A DNA stretch of 64,000 nt from Bugula neritina (taxonomy: Eukaryota > Animalia > Bryozoa), in NCBI GenBank assembly GCA_964035545.1, contig OZ037765.1, forward strand, positions 12,224,698 to 12,288,697, given 5' to 3'. The notes below the pieces were generated by a model that worked only from the letters and a program-made list of their open reading frames with translations, was not told the DNA's origin and ran no database searches. The stretch's first letter is position 1. Every line of letters begins with the position of its first letter. The position numbers and the translations under genes were made by a program. Shown here piece after piece: positions 25,220 to 64,000 of this stretch.

Positions 25220-25800
25220 TATTCATGACAACAGTACCTTTTCCTTTGTCTTGTTTAATTAATGAGATATCCTTATTATTTTTCAATTTCTTTAGAGCAT
25301 CATCAAAATATTTTGGCATCTTAATCTTTATAAATTTGGAGTACGTGTCTAAGAGTTTACCTTTAATTACTTCAAGCTTATCTTCAGATATTTGATGTTG
25401 ATTTGAGGAAATTTGTTGGTAGAAAGATTCGAGTTGTGATTTAATATGAATATTGTTGGTTTTTGTAGGAATGTGTACATCTAATCCTCTGGCAATAGCT
25501 TGTTGTTGTTGATTTGTAAGTTGAACTGAAGAGAAATTGTGTAGGCTTTTCATAGTGTCTAATTCTTGAGCTTTAGGGTCTTGAATGCAGTTTCGAAGTT
25601 GTTTAATTTTTCGGTCATGTTTGCAATGAATAAATTTGCGTTCCTTTGAAATACGAGAGGTTATTCTACTTATAAGGACTAGATAAAAAAGTAAACTTAA
25701 TTTCTTTTGAAGATATTGCTTGACTTCAGTGATAGATTGTTGTACCTTCTTTTTCTGGTAGTGTTTGTTCTTTAATTCTTGTTCCATAATTAGTTTTGAA
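25220..25800 (-). pseudogene. PLE polyprotein N-terminal fragment (up to the DKG motif)
   Basis: Part of ORF 25191-25835. It ends at QDKGKGTVVMN and runs into TA/TAG low-complexity sequence. Confidence 0.8.
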
Positions 25801-26132
25801 ATCTCAAAGATAAAACCAATAAAGAACACATTCACAACCTAGTCTACAAAATAACCTGCCCTGAAGCTACCTGTCAACAAACATATGTAGGCGAAACCGG
25901 ACGTCGCCTATCACACAGGATACATGAACACTGCAATGACATCAATTCCAAAATTTATCAACACATCTCTACCACTAATCATGGAAACATATCAATAGAC
26001 AATGTAACAGTTTTAAATCATTCATTTAAAGGAATCCACCATCGAAAAGTAGCCGAAGCTCTCTACATTAAACAAATAAAACCGCAACTCAATAAACAAA
26101 ATTACTCCATACCACTAAAACTATATCAATAG
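25800..26132 (+). pseudogene. PLE GIY-YIG endonuclease fragment (110 codons, no start codon, not in ORF track)
   Basis: NLKDKTNKEHIHNLVYKITCPEATCQQTYVGETGRRLSHRIHEH...IYQHISTTNH...RKVAEALYIKQIKPQLNKQNYSIPLKLYQ*. The VY/YVG motifs have an intervening Cys pair, followed by the conserved Arg, His residues, and Glu/Asn. Confidence 0.9.
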
Positions 26133-26376
26133 CTCCACACTACTCAACTCTCACATAGTTTCACTAATTCTTGCTGTTTTTATATTTGGATATCTATTTT
26201 TTTTTGTCAACTCTAATTTATTTTTTATGCAAAAAAATCAGTATAATTTTTGACCTACGTAATATATAAAATAAGATTATCTCCCTAAGTTTCAATAATT
26301 TACAGTAACTGCCACTCTCTATTCTTTGTGTCATGCATAACGTCTAACGTAACATAATAATTTTTGAATTTCATTC

Positions 26377-26425
26377 ATTGCTACTCTGAAGATGGGTACA
26401 GTGGTACCCGAAATATCAGTGTAAT
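26377..26425 (+). ncRNA. Minimal PLE-type hammerhead ribozyme, predicted AUC cleavage after 26417
   Basis: CTGAAGA(26386-92)-T-GGGTAC-AGTG-GTACCC-GAAA(26410-13)-TATC. Stem I is ATTGC(T)ACT/AGTGTAAT and stem III is reduced to palindromic ATAT. It lies in the PLE 3' region upstream of AATAAA. Confidence 0.8.
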
Positions 26426-26469
26426 TACTTTACCTAATAAAGTAATAAATAACAATGTTTCTCGTATAC

Positions 26470-26474
<5 letters not shown>

Positions 26475-26556
<82 letters not shown>
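26475..26556. repeat. (TA)n microsatellite (PLE tail)
   Basis: Perfect TA run. Confidence 0.98.
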
Positions 26557-26557
<1 letters not shown>

Positions 26558-26609
26558 TATAATTTTATAGATTAAAATTGACTATAAGATCTTTATTTTA
26601 AAATCAATT

Positions 26610-26664
26610 ATCACCTACAAATTTGTTTTGTAGCATGAAAAGTTCTGCTACTCGTCAAGGTGAT
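26610..26664 (-). ncRNA. Mirror-copy hammerhead ribozyme with core mutations (probably inactive)
   Basis: Minus strand reads ATCACC-TTGACGA-GTAGCA-GAACTTTTCA-TGCTAC-AAAA-CAAATTTGTA-GGTGAT. Stems I and II are perfect, but the core has C3->U and G12->A. Confidence 0.8.
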
Positions 26665-26679
26665 GTATTTTTTTTATAC

Positions 26680-26734
26680 ATTACCCTGACGAGTGGCAGA
26701 AGTTTTCATGCTACGAAACAAATTTGTAGGTGAT
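26680..26734 (+). ncRNA. Type I hammerhead ribozyme with intact core, predicted GUA cleavage after 26728
   Basis: Stem I ATTACC(26680-85)/GGTGAT(26729-34); core CTGACGA(26686-92); stem II GTGGCA(26693-98)/TGCTAC(26709-14); GAAA(26715-18); palindromic stem III ACAAATTTGT(26718-27); NUH = GTA. Confidence 0.9.
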
Positions 26735-26856
26735 AATTGATTTTAAAATAAAGATTTTATAGTCAATTTTAACCTATAAAATTATAGTACCTAGCTCAAT
26801 TTTCTCAGAAAATTTTGAGCACTATTTGATAACTAGTATTACAATATATTTTACAT

Positions 26857-26859
<3 letters not shown>

Positions 26860-26905
<46 letters not shown>
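26860..26905. repeat. (TA)n microsatellite
   Basis: Perfect TA run. Confidence 0.98.
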
Positions 26906-26907
<2 letters not shown>

Positions 26908-26950
26908 GTGTACAGCAGCTGTTCTGGGTCTTGTCTCCTCATCAGCACAA
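26906..26950 (-). ncRNA. Degenerate hammerhead-like motif followed by (TA)n
   Basis: Minus strand reads TGTG-CTGATGA-GGAGACAAGACCCA-GAA-CAGCTG-CTGTA-CACAG-(TA)n. The core CTGATGA and palindromic CAGCTG are present, but stem II and GAAA are damaged. Confidence 0.45.
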
Positions 26951-28299
26951 AACAGGGTACCATGGCCCACACCTTCGCAATAGTAGAAACTTATGTTTTT
27001 TACTAAAGCATATTTAAAACGTGAGCAAACCCAAGCCAGAGAGCTCAAGGGACCCTAGGAGTCACGAGCCTTGCAAAATGCTAGCAGCTTGAGTTTGTGT
27101 GTTGAATGTTATCGCTGAGCATAATATCTTATAAACATATAATAGTTTTGAACTCTCCTTTTATAAGCACATTAATAGATCTAGCTGAAATGCTGTAAAT
27201 AGAGTTCATATTATAATAAGCAAGTTGAAGAGTTTTTAGTTTAATGCTAAGAGCTTATATTTAATTTGCCAGGCTTTGTTTTAAAAATATTGTTAAATTG
27301 TTCTTAGTCAAAACAGCTAATTGATTTCGTTTTTTGCTGACTATGTGCTCTTAAAAAGATTCCAACACATTATATGATGCTTTATTAACTCGGGGCCTGG
27401 GAGACATTGGTCATTATATAAGTTTGAACTATACACTAACTGCTTTGTTGTCAAATAATGAATCAACCTTTAAACATAGTTTATATTTTAAAACAGCTGC
27501 AGAAAACTTCGTCAAAATAATTACACACTTGAACTAAGCTCATAAAAATTATTCGCTAATCTTATGACGGAGTAGATAACTCCACAAGTTTAAGATATTG
27601 TCTGTACCATATAGTAAACTCCGCTGTCACACAGAATCTCTCACTTCATGGTGTTGTTTCTTAGAATTTTTATTATCTTTTAGATGAAAATTAGACAGAA
27701 AATTGCAAAAGTATTAGACCACCTCCCACATTTGGCAAAAGTTACAATTACATTTGCCCGGAAAAATTATGAAAGCGTACATCTACTTTTCATAATGCTA
27801 TTAACACCTTATGTTGCTACACTTATACTTCACTGTTCAATCATTTAACTATTTAAAAATTGAAGCTATGCAAAACATAAAAATATTAATTTAAGCTTTC
27901 ATATAATGTACATTTACACTAATCAGAATATTTGTAATTTGCGTTTGATTAGCTTGTTGATAAATATGATAATATAGTTTAAAAAAAATGCGAAATGGCT
28001 GATAGAAAACAATTCTAAACAGTTCTGAAAAAATCATACCCCAATAAATATAATATAACAATAAAACATCATATATGTTATTTGATTTAAAAATCATTAT
28101 TTACAAAATAACTTCAACCAGAGATGGTGTAATAACGGAGCAAAGGAAAGATTGTCACCTGATTCTGCACACTAATAATATAATGCCGATTCAGAAAGGA
28201 AATTAACAGTAAAACTTACAGGTTTTTTTAACATAACATTATAAAAATAAACAGTTTTTAAGTAAAAAGTATAAAAATATAGACACGTGCATTTTGTGA

Positions 28300-64000
<35,701 letters not shown>

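Larger units (their letters stand above)
25200..26556. mobile_element. Rearranged Penelope-like retroelement (PLE): N-terminal ORF half on -, GIY-YIG half, 3' hammerhead region and (TA)n tail on +; RT core absent
   Basis: Minus 25800-25220 encodes NFSSVQLT..QQAIARGL...LKKLKNNKDISLIKQDKGKGTVVMN, the DKG pre-RT motif of PLEs. Plus 25800-26132 encodes a GIY-YIG domain. These are followed by a hammerhead motif, AATAAA and (TA)n. Confidence 0.88.
26555..26789. repeat. 235-bp palindrome (114-bp arms, T7 spacer) formed by two head-to-head hammerhead-bearing element ends
   Basis: 26555-26668 is the reverse complement of 26676-26789 with a few mismatches. Confidence 0.95.

Noticed and set aside
26364-27048. 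YIYIYI ORFs (also at 47489, 57631 and 57671)
   Set aside because: Translations of (TA)n microsatellites.

Overview
AT-rich, intron-rich genomic DNA from an invertebrate animal; the species cannot be determined from the sequence. No prokaryotic features, CRISPR arrays, rRNA or tRNA were seen. Manual splicing gives four protein-coding genes. Two are intact tandem SAR1 (COPII GTPase) paralogs on + (4800-8076 and 9110-11906), with identical exon structure and about 60% amino-acid identity. The third is a NudE/NDE1/NDEL1 gene on - (19319 to 12883) with candidate alternative C-terminal exons. The fourth is the 3' part (IQ neck and tail, 39 exons) of a class XV myosin on - (beyond 64000 to 28300), including a 2,538-nt frame-symmetric exon. 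The 21-27 kb interval from NudE intron 1 to the myosin 3' end is the richest non-genic part. It holds a rearranged Penelope-like retroelement whose GIY-YIG half was missed by the ORF track, and five hammerhead-ribozyme motifs. One motif has a fully canonical core and sits in a 235-bp palindrome facing an inactivated mirror copy. Two others show compensatory stem-II changes relative to each other. The interval also has a ~560-bp foldback and an orphan ETS-CCAAT-TATA-Inr promoter pointing into the cluster. Degenerate TAA-S-W-S hexamer arrays flank the putative promoters.
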